Under the pieces are notes generated by a model. The model did not search any database. It was given only the letters and a program-made list of their open reading frames with translations, and was not told the DNA's origin. The position numbers and the translations under genes are program-made. A stretch of 64,000 nt of DNA from Terriglobia bacterium (GTDB taxonomy: Bacteria > Acidobacteriota > Terriglobia > Terriglobales > Acidobacteriaceae): assembly GCA_963791575.1 (NCBI GenBank), contig CAWBSY010000008.1:75972-139971 (forward strand), given 5' to 3'. Shown one piece after another: positions 29,011 through 38,815 of the stretch; the first letter of the stretch is position 1, and each line of letters begins with the position of its first letter.

Positions 29011-29835
29011 TCATGCCGCCGGTTTAGTGCTGCGACGATTTACCATCACAAAGGATAAGCTGAACATAATCAGGGTAAACAGCAACAGAGTTGCCAGAGA
29101 TGAAGCCAAAGGTGCGACCGCCGGACTAGCCGGATAGAGCAAAACGCGGAGCGCTTCCACCCCATAAGTCAGTGGATTAATACGCATCAGCAGCCGCATC
29201 CAACCCGAAGCTCCTGCCAGAGGAAACATCGCTCCGGAGAGCAGCCATAATGGAATCAGAAACAAGTTGATGATGCCATGAAAAGCTTGTGTCGAATCCA
29301 TCGGCCAGGCGATTGCGAATCCCAATGCTGTCAATGCAAAAGACACGAGAAAGATAGTCAAAACAATTAGCAGGAAATCTAGGATTCCCATGTGCACTCC
29401 GACTAACGGTGCGAACGCAAGGAAAATGAGCCCCTGGATCGTCGCTAATGTAGTCCCGCCCAGAACTTTTCCTAAGACAATGGCCGACCGCGATACTGGA
29501 GCAACGAGTACAGAAAGCAGAAATCCTTCTTTGCGGTCTTCAATGACTGACATCATGGTGAAGATGGACGTAAACAACACGATCATGATGAGCGCGCCGG
29601 GATAAAAGTAGCTGAGATATTGCTGACCGCTGCCTCCTCCGGTCCGGAACGAAGAGCCAAAGCCTGATCCAATGACCACCCAAAATAAAAGCGGAGAAGC
29701 GATGACGCCTACCACTCGCGCCTTTTGGCGGTAAAAGCGGACAATTTCACGCCACCATAATGTGAACGCGGGAAGCATCACGCCAGTGGAGGTGGAAACC
29801 GAGGTTGCCGGAAAAGTGCTGACTTGGGTTGCCAT
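29011..29835 (-). CDS. ABC-2 type transporter permease
   Basis: 274 aa, about 6 TM, with ABC-2 family features. It lies 9 nt downstream of the ATPase gene. Confidence 0.8.
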   Translation of the reverse strand: MATQVSTFPATSVSTSTGVMLPAFTLWWREIVRFYRQKARVVGVIASPLLFWVVIGSGFGSSFRTGGGSGQQYLSYFYPGALIMIVLFTSIFTMMSVIEDRKEGFLLSVLVAPVSRSAIVLGKVLGGTTLATIQGLIFLAFAPLVGVHMGILDFLLIVLTIFLVSFALTALGFAIAWPMDSTQAFHGIINLFLIPLWLLSGAMFPLAGASGWMRLLMRINPLTYGVEALRVLLYPASPAVAPLASSLATLLLFTLIMFSLSFVMVNRRSTKPAA

Positions 29836-29844
29836 AATTTATGC

Positions 29845-30846
29845 CTATTCTTTTTCTTCGTCCCGTTCTGTCCAGAACTTGTGGCCGGTTCTCCGGATAA
29901 ACACGTCTTCTAAACTCGGCTTGCTCACCGAGATGGCCTCAATGTCGCCCGGAAAAGCTTCTACAACATCTGTGATAAAGCGATGTCCGTTCTCGCGTTC
30001 CAAGCGAACTTGTCCCTGAACTACTTTCACATCGATGCGGTAACGAATGCGAATGCGCTCAGCGAGGGATTCTGCATCTTTCGCATCCAGCACAATCACA
30101 TCGCCTCCGATTTCGTGCTTCAGTTCGGCTGGTGTACCTAGCGCGACCAATTTTCCTTCATTGAGGAATGCGAGCCGATCACAGCGCTCGGCCTCCTCCA
30201 TCAAATGTGTGGTAACGAGCAAAGTGACTTTTTCTTCATCGCGTAAAATCTGAAGATAGCGCCAGAGGTCAATGCGAGCTCCGGGATCAAGACCGGTAGT
30301 CGGTTCATCGAGTAACAGAACCGATGGATGATGAAGTAGGCCTTTCGCAAGCTCCAGCCGCCTCTGCATTCCTCCGGAAAATGTTTCGGCCTTTTCGTTT
30401 GCGCGATCAGACAATCCCACGCGGCATAGCATTTCTTGGATCCGCGATTTTAGAGCTTTGCCTCTCAGCCCGTAGAGATGACCCTGGTGCATCAGATTTT
30501 CCGCGGCGGTTAACTTTACATCGATACTCTGCGCTTGGAAGACGACCCCGATCTGACGGCGCAGGCTATTCGGATCTTTCGCTGCATCATGTCCGAGAAT
30601 TACGGCGCGACCTCCGCTCGGAATCATTAGCGTGGAAAGAATACGGAACATGGTCGTCTTGCCACTGCCATTGGGACCGAGCAATCCGAACAACTCAGCA
30701 CGTCGCACGTCGAACGAGACGCCGCTGAGCGCTGTGCGTTCATCATATTGGTGGGCAAGATTTTCGACTGAGATAACAGAAGGCGCACGGACCTCGAGAT
30801 CAGCATCAGGTCCAGCCACCGCGTATGCAGATGAGTTAAGGGTCAC
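29845..30846 (-). CDS. ABC transporter ATP-binding protein (DrrA/ABC-2 partner type)
   Basis: Walker A GPNGSGKTT, signature FSGGMQRRL, Walker B LLLDEPTTGLD. Confidence 0.9.
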   Translation of the reverse strand: MTLNSSAYAVAGPDADLEVRAPSVISVENLAHQYDERTALSGVSFDVRRAELFGLLGPNGSGKTTMFRILSTLMIPSGGRAVILGHDAAKDPNSLRRQIGVVFQAQSIDVKLTAAENLMHQGHLYGLRGKALKSRIQEMLCRVGLSDRANEKAETFSGGMQRRLELAKGLLHHPSVLLLDEPTTGLDPGARIDLWRYLQILRDEEKVTLLVTTHLMEEAERCDRLAFLNEGKLVALGTPAELKHEIGGDVIVLDAKDAESLAERIRIRYRIDVKVVQGQVRLERENGHRFITDVVEAFPGDIEAISVSKPSLEDVFIRRTGHKFWTERDEEKE

Positions 30847-30854
30847 AGGCTATT

Positions 30855-31790
30855 TTACGATGAGAGCGGGTTCAGCATCATCAGAGCAAACAAAAGGGGT
30901 AAGTAAATTACTGTTGCTTGTAGTAGTTGGCGCGCTCGTTTTCTCGATTGAGCCGTGCCGGGATCCGTCTTGAACGTTGCCAACCGGATACCAACATAGA
31001 AGAGGCCGGCTCCCAAAATAATCGCTCCGAAAAAATAAGCTCTGCCGGCTAAGCCGAGAAACGTAGGCATGAGGCTGATCGGGATCAATCCTAGCGAGTA
31101 GAGCAGAATCTGGCGAGCGGTGGACCTGCCATCAGGCTCGACTACCGGCAACATGCGAATTCCACCAGCTTCGTAATCGTCACGATAAAGCCACGCGATT
31201 GCGAAGAAGTGTGGAAATTGCCAGAAGAAGACGATGGCAAACATGACCATCGCGCCAAGTTCCATCTGGCCGCGTGCCGCAGTCCAACCCAACACTCCGG
31301 GCATAGCTCCGGGAACTGCTCCAACCAGCGTGCACAACGGATGAACTTTCTTCAGCGGAGTGTAAGCTCCTAAATAGACGGCAGCAGTGGCAAGGGATAG
31401 CCATCCAGTCAGGGGATTGAGCACCAGAGCGAGGTAAAGCGCACCGCCGAGGGTCATCAGCGTGCCAACAATTATTCCCGTCGATAAATTCATTCGTCCT
31501 GCCGGAATTGGACGTTGCGCGGTCCGGCGCATCCGGCTGTCGATATCGCGCTCCATTACTTCGTTCAGTGCGGCCGCTCCTCCGGAAACTACTGCGACGC
31601 CAAGCAAGGCGTGGAATAGGCTTGCCGAAAGGGAAGAGACCCCCGACTTCAACGCCCCAAAATAGTATCCGCACCATGCGGTAACTACGATTAACGTGGT
31701 CACGCGAACTTTTGTTAGTTCGGCGAAGTCACGCGCCAGCGCCGCAAAACCGCTACGCGGAATTTCTAAAGGCGGAGTAGCTGTACTCAA
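30855..31790 (-). CDS. ctaB: protoheme IX farnesyltransferase (heme O synthase)
   Basis: UbiA-family motifs NEVMERDIDSRMRRT and YRDDYEAGGIRMLP. The ORF is open to 31871, but TTG at 31790 overlaps the ctaA stop (TTGA) and gives a typical length of about 311 aa. Confidence 0.85.
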   Translation of the reverse strand: MSTATPPLEIPRSGFAALARDFAELTKVRVTTLIVVTAWCGYYFGALKSGVSSLSASLFHALLGVAVVSGGAAALNEVMERDIDSRMRRTAQRPIPAGRMNLSTGIIVGTLMTLGGALYLALVLNPLTGWLSLATAAVYLGAYTPLKKVHPLCTLVGAVPGAMPGVLGWTAARGQMELGAMVMFAIVFFWQFPHFFAIAWLYRDDYEAGGIRMLPVVEPDGRSTARQILLYSLGLIPISLMPTFLGLAGRAYFFGAIILGAGLFYVGIRLATFKTDPGTAQSRKRARQLLQATVIYLPLLFALMMLNPLSS

Positions 31791-32804
31791 ACGGCAACCG
31801 GCTTTCGGGATGTGCGCTCTTGGGTTCGGGCCGCAATTCGTTCTTTTACGGCGGAGGGAACGTGACGCCAAATTTGGATGGTCAGAATGACGGTTGACGC
31901 CAAAAGCAGAGCTCCCGTGACAACGTGGGCAACGGTTGAGATCACCATGGGCAACCCGGGCTGAGCTGCATCTCTACCCCACTCGACTCGCGTCATGAAT
32001 GCGAGGAATCCAAGGCATAACTGCGCGATCAGGAGGGAAATCATTGCGATTGCCGGGCGGCGAATTGCATCGATCTTTGAATATTGCGTGAGTGCACGAA
32101 TGGCTGTCCAAGCAATGACAATCGCAACAATTGGAGCGTTCAGAACGTGCGGTAACCAGCTCATGCCGTGATGGCGGAACATCGCTCCCAAAATCAGTTG
32201 AGCATAAAGAACAAAAATGGAGAAGAATGCCAGGGTGAGAAGACGCGGATGATGGTTGTCGATTTCAATATCCGCCGCTTCTTCAGCGGGACCTTCTTTA
32301 ACCCAAGTGCGGTCCGGTGAAGACGGCTATTGCGCAAGCGATACAGAAGAACGTCTGTCCTACTGCGGCGTGGGCGGAAGAAATTGCCGGTGGCAGAAAT
32401 TTCAGAACCGTTAATCCGCCGAGAATTCCTTGCGCAATGATCGTTCCAAGCGCACCCAGCGCTAAGCCTTTCATCCAGCGGCGGCGGTCGGATATCCATG
32501 TCCAAACGGCAATCGCAATGGTCAGCGTACCGATAAACTCGGCAATCATGCGATGGCTGTGCTCGTAAATAATGCCTCCGGTCCAAGGAGGCAGCTTGTA
32601 ATACGAACCGTAAGAACTCGGCCAATCGGGAACTGAAAGTCCAGCATCGTTGCTGGTCACCAAGGCTCCGGCGATGAGCAGGAAAAATGTCGCGCAAGCA
32701 ACGAACACAGCAAATCGATGATGGGCGCGATTGTATGGGGTCGAAACAGCTTCCACGATTGCTCCTGATGCCTCTGCGTGCGACATCCTAGACAAGATGA
32801 ACAC
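31787..32804 (-). pseudogene. ctaA: heme A synthase (COX15/CtaA), one frame break
   Basis: ORF 32298-32804 (DWPSSYG..., IYEHSHRMIA) ends at TAA. The frame of ORF 31787-32191 is already open upstream (WVKEGPAEEAADIEIDNHHPRLLTLAFFSIFVLYAQLILGAMFRHHG...). The switch is near 32300-32315. Confidence 0.8.
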
Positions 32805-32978
32805 GCTATTTTAGCAAACCGGATGGATTTGAATCAGAGTATTCGGATTTGTTGCACACCGGTCACGAAAAAACTGAGCCTCTCACGGAACTAACTTCGC
32901 GGAGGCGGGTTCTTTCGGTCAGAGATTCTAGCTGCCAATGTAGAGTACTGCTAGATTCCAGAATTCGTCGAGGTCTTC

Positions 32979-33536
32979 ATGAAGCTGGTTTCGTGTGCCG
33001 TGTTATTGGTTAGTGTTTCCCTATCAACGCTTGCGCTGGCACAGGCGCAACAACCGGATTGGGTTCCTTCAGGAATTGAAGCGTTAGGGCAAAACGCCTC
33101 TTCTCGATCCGATTTCACTCTGAACCACTCGATGCTGGTACTCGCGTCCAAGCTCGACAAGAATGACGATGGAGATCTCAGGCGGGTAATTGCGGGTGTG
33201 AACGGCGTTTCTGTCCACAGCTATCGTTTCTCGGAATCCGGAACATACGATACGGAGGCGCTAAAATCGGTTCTTAGGCAGTATCACGACGCGGGCTGGA
33301 TGCAGTTGATCAGTCACGGCAAGGATCGCGACGCGAGCCAGACCGATCTCTGGGTTCGCTTCGACAACAATGCCATCAGCAACATAGCTGTCCTCATCGC
33401 CAAACAGGACCAGCTCAACTTCTTCGCGGTGTCGGGATCAATCAGTCCGCTGGATCTGGTCCATCTGAGCGGACACTTTGGCATTCCTAAGATTGCTGGA
33501 GGAGCCGTTATCCCAGGGTCGACAAATACTCCGTAA
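32979..33536 (+). CDS. secreted hypothetical protein (DUF4252-like by size and layout)
   Basis: 185 aa with signal peptide MKLVSCAVLLVSVSLSTLALAQA. No catalytic motif. The domain assignment is from memory only. Confidence 0.5.
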   Translation: MKLVSCAVLLVSVSLSTLALAQAQQPDWVPSGIEALGQNASSRSDFTLNHSMLVLASKLDKNDDGDLRRVIAGVNGVSVHSYRFSESGTYDTEALKSVLRQYHDAGWMQLISHGKDRDASQTDLWVRFDNNAISNIAVLIAKQDQLNFFAVSGSISPLDLVHLSGHFGIPKIAGGAVIPGSTNTP

Positions 33537-33548
33537 TGTCCGTGAAGC

Positions 33549-34424
33549 CTACTCAACGCCTTTGACCCAATAGCTAGTTCTCGCAAGCACCATAGCCGTA
33601 CTCTGATCTTTGAGATGGGCATGAATCGCATGCAGTCCGGGATGCGGGTTTTTCGGCTCAAAACTTAATAAATAACGACTATGCAGATGGTTGCTGAAGC
33701 TGGTCATCTTTGTCTCGAAATTTTTGCGCGAAGAAAACAGTTCGTATTCGCCTCCGGTCATGGATGTTATCGTCTTCGGAATATTTTTTCTCATTGCATG
33801 AGCTGCCATTACCAGCGGTGCGAGCAGATCTGGGGCATTCTGCATTTCGTCTCTATTGCTGCCACGCTCGGTATCTAGCACTTGGGATAGAGAAGGCGAG
33901 AACGGCAATGCATATACAACCGTGTTGCTGTTGCCTATAGCGGTTACGATGTGCTCAATTTTGGCTTGATTACTGCCGTGATCGCGCGTTTCCGAAATCA
34001 ACAACAATACCCGCTGCCTTCCCGCTGGCAACGCTTCCAGAAGTTTCACCGAATAGTCCACCGCGTCGAGAATCGCGGCTCCATCATCTCCGGGCTGTAA
34101 CTGCTTGAGTTCTTCTTCAATCAGGCCATCGGTATGGGTGAAGTCCTGAACGAGATTTACTTTGCTGTCGAATTCGACTAAAGCTACGTTCGCATTCGGC
34201 TGGCCTAAGATGGGCTGCAGCATGGCGCTCAGTCCGCGAATTCGTGGAAACTCGCGCATAGCTCTGCGTCCGGTTTGAATAGCGACCACGATGGATACAG
34301 GTTCGCTGTCTGCAGCCTCATCCAAGTGAACGATCTGCTCAACTCCGTCGTCATCGATTGCAAAGTCTTTGGCTTCCAGTCCGTAGATCGCGTGGCCTTT
34401 TCCATCTCTGACGAGAGCAGGCAC
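33549..34424 (-). CDS. von Willebrand factor A domain protein (acidobacterial VWFA-related type); N-terminus unresolved
   Basis: VSIVVAIQTG... and VLLLISETRDHGSN... are VWA-like. The frame is open to 34475 (NVTAQEPNFNTQSNIVIV...). A signal-peptide-like start at ATG 34538 is separated from it by a stop and by a hydrophobic core encoded in another frame. Confidence 0.7.
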   Translation of the reverse strand: MPALVRDGKGHAIYGLEAKDFAIDDDGVEQIVHLDEAADSEPVSIVVAIQTGRRAMREFPRIRGLSAMLQPILGQPNANVALVEFDSKVNLVQDFTHTDGLIEEELKQLQPGDDGAAILDAVDYSVKLLEALPAGRQRVLLLISETRDHGSNQAKIEHIVTAIGNSNTVVYALPFSPSLSQVLDTERGSNRDEMQNAPDLLAPLVMAAHAMRKNIPKTITSMTGGEYELFSSRKNFETKMTSFSNHLHSRYLLSFEPKNPHPGLHAIHAHLKDQSTAMVLARTSYWVKGVE

Positions 34425-34602
34425 GATGACGATGTTCGATTGAGTATTAAAGTTAGGTTCTTGTGCGGTGACGTTTCACTGGTAAAACAAAATGCCAGCG
34501 CGATGAGTAGCAATGCAAATCTGGCGAGAAAACTGCATCACTTAAAATTGTAGAGGAGAAGGCTACCAGTTCCGAAAGCTTATTCAATTGGTAATTTGTG
34601 GA

Positions 34603-35645
34603 TCAAGCAGAAGACGCCTGCGTAGCTGGTTCGGGTTTGTAGTCCGTCTGCATGGCTGCAATCACTGAATCGGCGAACTTCGATGTGCCCGAACTTCCGC
34701 CGACATCGCGGGTGAGCTTTTCCTTCGTCCGATAAACTTCTTCGAGTGCCGTAGTGATTCTGGCAGAAGCTTCGTGTTCTCCCAAATGATCGAGCATCAA
34801 CAGGGCGGAACGCAGAACCGCCGTGGGATTCGCAATGTCTTTTCCGGCGATATCTGGAGCTGAGCCGTGTACCGCTTCAAAGATCGCGCATTGATCGCCG
34901 AAATTCGCTCCGGGAACAAATCCTAATCCGCCGACAAAAGCCGAGCACAGATCGGAGATGATGTCTCCGTAGAGGTTTTCCATGACGAGAATGTCGTATT
35001 GATAAGGATTCATCACCAGCTGCATGCAAGTGTTGTCGACAATGTGCTCGCCGTAAGTAATCTCTGGATAGTCTTTTGAAACATTGCGGGAGCAGCGAAG
35101 AAAAAGTCCATCAGAAAGCTTCATGATATTGGCTTTGTGGATGGCATGAATCTTTTTTCGTTTACTCTTCCGCGCGTACTCGAAAGCAAATTTGGCAATG
35201 CGCGTGGAAGCTTTTCCGTAATGATCTTCAGACTCTCGACCACTCCAGGGACGACCTCATGCTCGATGCCAGAGTAAAGGCTCTCAGTATTCTCGCGAAC
35301 AATAATAAGATCGACGCCTGGGTAACGCGTGGGAATGTGTGGCAGATTCTTGATTGGGCGGAAATTGGCGTAGAGTTCGAATTGTTTGCGCAGCTGAACG
35401 TTGATGCTGGCGAATCCTCCGCCAATTGGCGTGGTGACTGGACCTTTTAATCCGACGCGCGTGCGTTCAATCGATTCGGTCAGTTCCTTCGGAATATATT
35501 CGTGATATTTTTCGAAGGCTTCCGCGCCCGCCGCAAACTGTTCCCACTCGAACTTGATGCCAGTAGCTTCAAGGATGCGCACCGTCGCCTGTGTAACTTC
35601 GGGGCCGATGCCATCGCCGGGTATGAGGGTAATTTTGTGTGTCAT
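34603..35645 (-). pseudogene. isocitrate/isopropylmalate dehydrogenase-family enzyme (NAD-IDH-like), one frame break
   Basis: ORF 35121-35645 (ITLIPGDGIGPEV...IVRENTESLYSGIEH...) and ORF 34603-35124 (...NLYGDIISDL...GSAPDIAGK...). Removing one base of the T4 run 35212-35215 restores ITEKASTRIAKFAFEYARK. Confidence 0.9.
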
Positions 35646-35691
35646 ATATCAAATAATCCGACGAGCGAGTGCGCTCGTCACAAAGCAAACT

Positions 35692-36192
35692 CTATTGCGT
35701 CTTGACGGTAACTTTGCCGCGCAGGTCTGCTCCCGGCTCCTTCGTCTTCAGCAGGTCTTTCAACTCCGCCATAAATTCTTGTACATCTTTGAAATCAAGG
35801 TAAACGGAAGCGAACCGCACGTAGGCCACTTTGTCATACCGGCGCAGACGGTTCATGATGAGCTCGCCTACCTCACTCGTCTTACGCTCGCGTTCCGCGG
35901 ACTCAATCACGAATCCCTCGGCTTCATTTACGATTTGCTCCAATTTGCCGATCGGAACGGGGCGCTTTTCGCAGGCGCGCAACAATCCATTCAATACTTT
36001 TTGGCGGTCGAATTTTTCTCGTCGACCGTCTTTTTTGACCACCATATAAGGAATTTCGTCGATGCGCTCATAGGTGGTGAAGCGCTTCTCGCACTTCAGG
36101 CACTCGCGGCGCCGGCGAATGGAATCAGCTTCCTTGCTCTCGCGCGAATCTACCACTTTGTCGTTTGCAAACCCGCAAAAAGGGCACTTCAT
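35692..36192 (-). CDS. nrdR: transcriptional repressor NrdR
   Basis: MKCPFCGFANDKVVDSRES...RRRECLKCEKRFTTYE zinc ribbon plus an ATP-cone. The ATG top is at 36192; the longer ORF to 36369 is not supported. Confidence 0.95.
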   Translation of the reverse strand: MKCPFCGFANDKVVDSRESKEADSIRRRRECLKCEKRFTTYERIDEIPYMVVKKDGRREKFDRQKVLNGLLRACEKRPVPIGKLEQIVNEAEGFVIESAERERKTSEVGELIMNRLRRYDKVAYVRFASVYLDFKDVQEFMAELKDLLKTKEPGADLRGKVTVKTQ

Positions 36193-36298
36193 GGTGATTG
36201 AATGGGAACTCTTGATTGTAACAGGCGAAGAATAGCCCGAAAGACGGGGTACATACCTTTGTAATAAGTCGGGAGATTGAGGCAGTAAAGAGTTTCGT

Positions 36299-37355
36299 TT
36301 ACGACGACAGTTCGGCGGTCGCTTCCGCCTGCTGACTTTGCTCGGACAGCTTGCGTAGCGACAGCCCACTCTGATGCGCCAAGATCAAGCCCAGCGGGAC
36401 AACCGCAAAAAACGTCACCAGCCACAACAAAATCCCACAGCTGGCGGCAAGCTCCGGAGCAGCTCCGAATACGTGCTGCAGCGTCGAAATCGTTGCGAGT
36501 TGCGAGCCGCCTCCTACGCCTGGGAGCTGGACTAACGATCCAACCATGCTGGAAGCCATGAGCAGCGGGACTTGGGAGATTGGCCGATCCAATGCTCCGG
36601 GGCCGTAGGATTGCATGACCTCCCAATAAGCCACGGCAATCATGCACCACATACCGAGCGACACTGCGACGAGCTGAAGCAACGAGGAGAAATCGTGAAT
36701 CGTGTTGAGGCCATCGCGAAACTCCCGAATGCGAGCGGCAATTCTATGAGCCGAGATTTGATGATCTCATCGAGAGAAATGTCGTAGCGACCCATCCTGC
36801 CATCGCTTCGCCTTTCCAGCGGATCACGCCAGCTCCCGCAGTCATGATCCCTACTAGTATTACAAGAAAAAATCCGCCTAGCCGGAAGCGTTCGTAATAC
36901 AAAACTTCTCTGGTCGAATGAGCGAAGAAAATCGCGGATATCAGGATCAATGCAAACGAGCCGACATCAAAAATTCTTTCAATGGCCCATACGGCAAGTT
37001 GCGAGGAGAAACTCAGCTCAACTTTGCGAGAGATCAGATAAGGACGGATGAATTCTCCGGGACGACCGAGCAGCGCGAGTCCTGTAAAACCGACAATAGT
37101 TGGCACAATCAAACTGGAAACTGAGGTTTGTTTTACAGGGCGAAGGAAAATCTTCCAGCGAATTGCCCGCATGATATATGCAAAGTAAATGAGGGCAATA
37201 CCGTAAAGCAGTTGCAGCTTGTGCTCGCGAACTTGTCCGGTCTGGCTCCAGAAGGTAGACCAATCGAAATTGCGCCAAGTCCGGAACTGGAGGTAAAAGA
37301 GCACAGCGAGCGCGGCAAACACCAGCCCGTAAATGATGAAGCGCTTTTTGTTCAT
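36299..37355 (-). pseudogene. flippase-like / LPG-synthase-TM (UPF0104) family membrane protein, one frame break
   Basis: ORF 36744-37355 (RAIRWKIFLRP motif, multiple TM) continues in another frame from 36766 (ISAHRIAARIREFRDGLNTIHDFSSLLQLVAVSLGMW..., ORF 36299-36682). The switch lies in 36747-36766. Confidence 0.75.
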
Positions 37356-37642
37356 GAATCGTCTTTAGCCTATCATGCGCGCGGTTGTTGCTTGCCCGCT
37401 GGCCACGTGGGATTGAAGAAGGCAAGCTGAGACAAAATCTCTGCGATTGCCGTGAATTCTGAAGAAAAATTTATGTTGATTAATTCAGGCTGAATTTATT
37501 CTGATCTGGACGCCACCACTCACGTGTCGCCCGCATCTTCACGAGACGAGGTTAAGAAAAAAGCAACTCAGGCAAAGGTTTTCTGCTCTAACATCGGGTC
37601 CGTGGCGGAACCTCTATAGGAGCAATTCATCGACACCAGCCC

Positions 37643-37658
37643 GCTCGCAATTGCGAGC
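37643..37658. promoter_or_regulatory. perfect 16-bp palindrome GCTCGCAATTGCGAGC immediately upstream of the cytochrome gene start
   Basis: Read directly from the sequence. It ends 6 nt before ATG 37665, where a ribosome-binding site would be expected. It could be an operator or a 6-bp stem/4-nt loop RNA hairpin. Confidence 0.35.
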
Positions 37659-37664
37659 ACTTGT

Positions 37665-38815
37665 ATGAAGAAAAGAAATCGACCCTGGCGAACGCTTTGC
37701 TTCACGGCTTTCGCAGCACTAATTCTCGCTATCACTGCCGGAAGGCTGTTCGGACAAGGCGGCAAGGGTTCCCAGAACTTGGAATCCGGGGAGCAAATCT
37801 TCAAGGCTGGCTGTGTCGCCTGCCACGGGTCCGACGGCGCTGGAACACCTAAAGCCATCAGCGGATTCGAGCCGCCGCGAACGTTTCCGGACTTCACCAA
37901 ATGTGACCAGACTACCCCGGAAGAAAATTTAGCGTGGAAAGCAGTGATCATTCACGGCGGACCCTATCGCGGGTTCTCACAGATCATGCCGTCCTTTGGC
38001 GAGGCGCTGAACTCGGAAGAGATCGATGAAGTAATTAAGTACCTACGCAGTTTTTGCCGGAAGAGTCGAGGATGGCCTCGAGGTGAACTAAACCTGCCGC
38101 GAGCTCTTGTTACGGAGAAGGCCTATCCGGAGGACGAGGTCGTGATTTCGACGGGAATCAATGCGCATGGTGTTCCTTCGGTCATGAGCCACATCATCCA
38201 TGAACAGCGCTTTGGAGAAAAAAACCAAATTGAAGTGGATGTTCCCATAACTTTTCAGGATGAGAACCACACTTGGTATGGCGGCGTTGGTGATACTACG
38301 CTCGGCGTCAAGCGCGTGATGCTTTCCAATCTTGCAGTCGGGATCGATCTTAAGTTTGCAGGGCAGTGTCATTGTGCCAACTGGCAACAGGGCGCGAGAG
38401 TTCGGAAAGGGAACCACGACTTTCGAAACATTTGCTGCCTTTGACCAGCTTTTTCGTACCAACACATTTGTGCAGACGCAATTCGGCGCTGATCTGCCCC
38501 GTCACACCGATATAGAGCATCAAACAGTATTTTTCAATACGGCACTTGGCCAAAGTTTCGCGGCAGATCATGGCTTCGGTCGTTTGTGGTCGCCGATGAT
38601 GGAGTTTCTCGCCGAGCGCGATATTGATGAAGACGCTGCCAAAACCGAATGGGACGTGCTACCCCAAATGCAAGTGAGCGATCAGCAGAAGACAACACAT
38701 CCGCGCCGATTTCGGGGTCCGCGTGCCCGTAGTTAACACTGCTGGCCGGTCCACACAATTGATGTTTTACATATTGTGGGACTGGCAGGACGGACGATTG
38801 AACGAAGGTTGGTAA
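37665..38815 (+). pseudogene. signal peptide + class I cytochrome c domain fused to an outer-membrane beta-barrel-like domain; two frame breaks
   Basis: MKKRNRPWRTLCFTAFAALILAITA signal. Heme motif CVACH, with a distal Met candidate in IMPSFG. The rest of the protein runs through three frames: ...GDTTLGVKRVMLSN|LQSGSILSLQGSVIVPTGNRAREFGKGTTTFE...PQMQVS|ISRRQHIRADFGVRVPV...MFYILWDWQDGRLNEGW. The breaks are near 38328-38336 and 38678-38682. TAA at 38813-38815 directly abuts the next ATG. Confidence 0.7.

Noticed and set aside
32194-32697. 167-aa minus-strand ORF
   Set aside because: It is a third frame within ctaA. The two other frames carry the conserved heme A synthase sequence.
35554-36201. 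215-aa plus-strand ORF
   Set aside because: It is antisense to nrdR and to the 5-prime end of the icd-like gene. No motif was found, and nrdR on the other strand is unambiguous.
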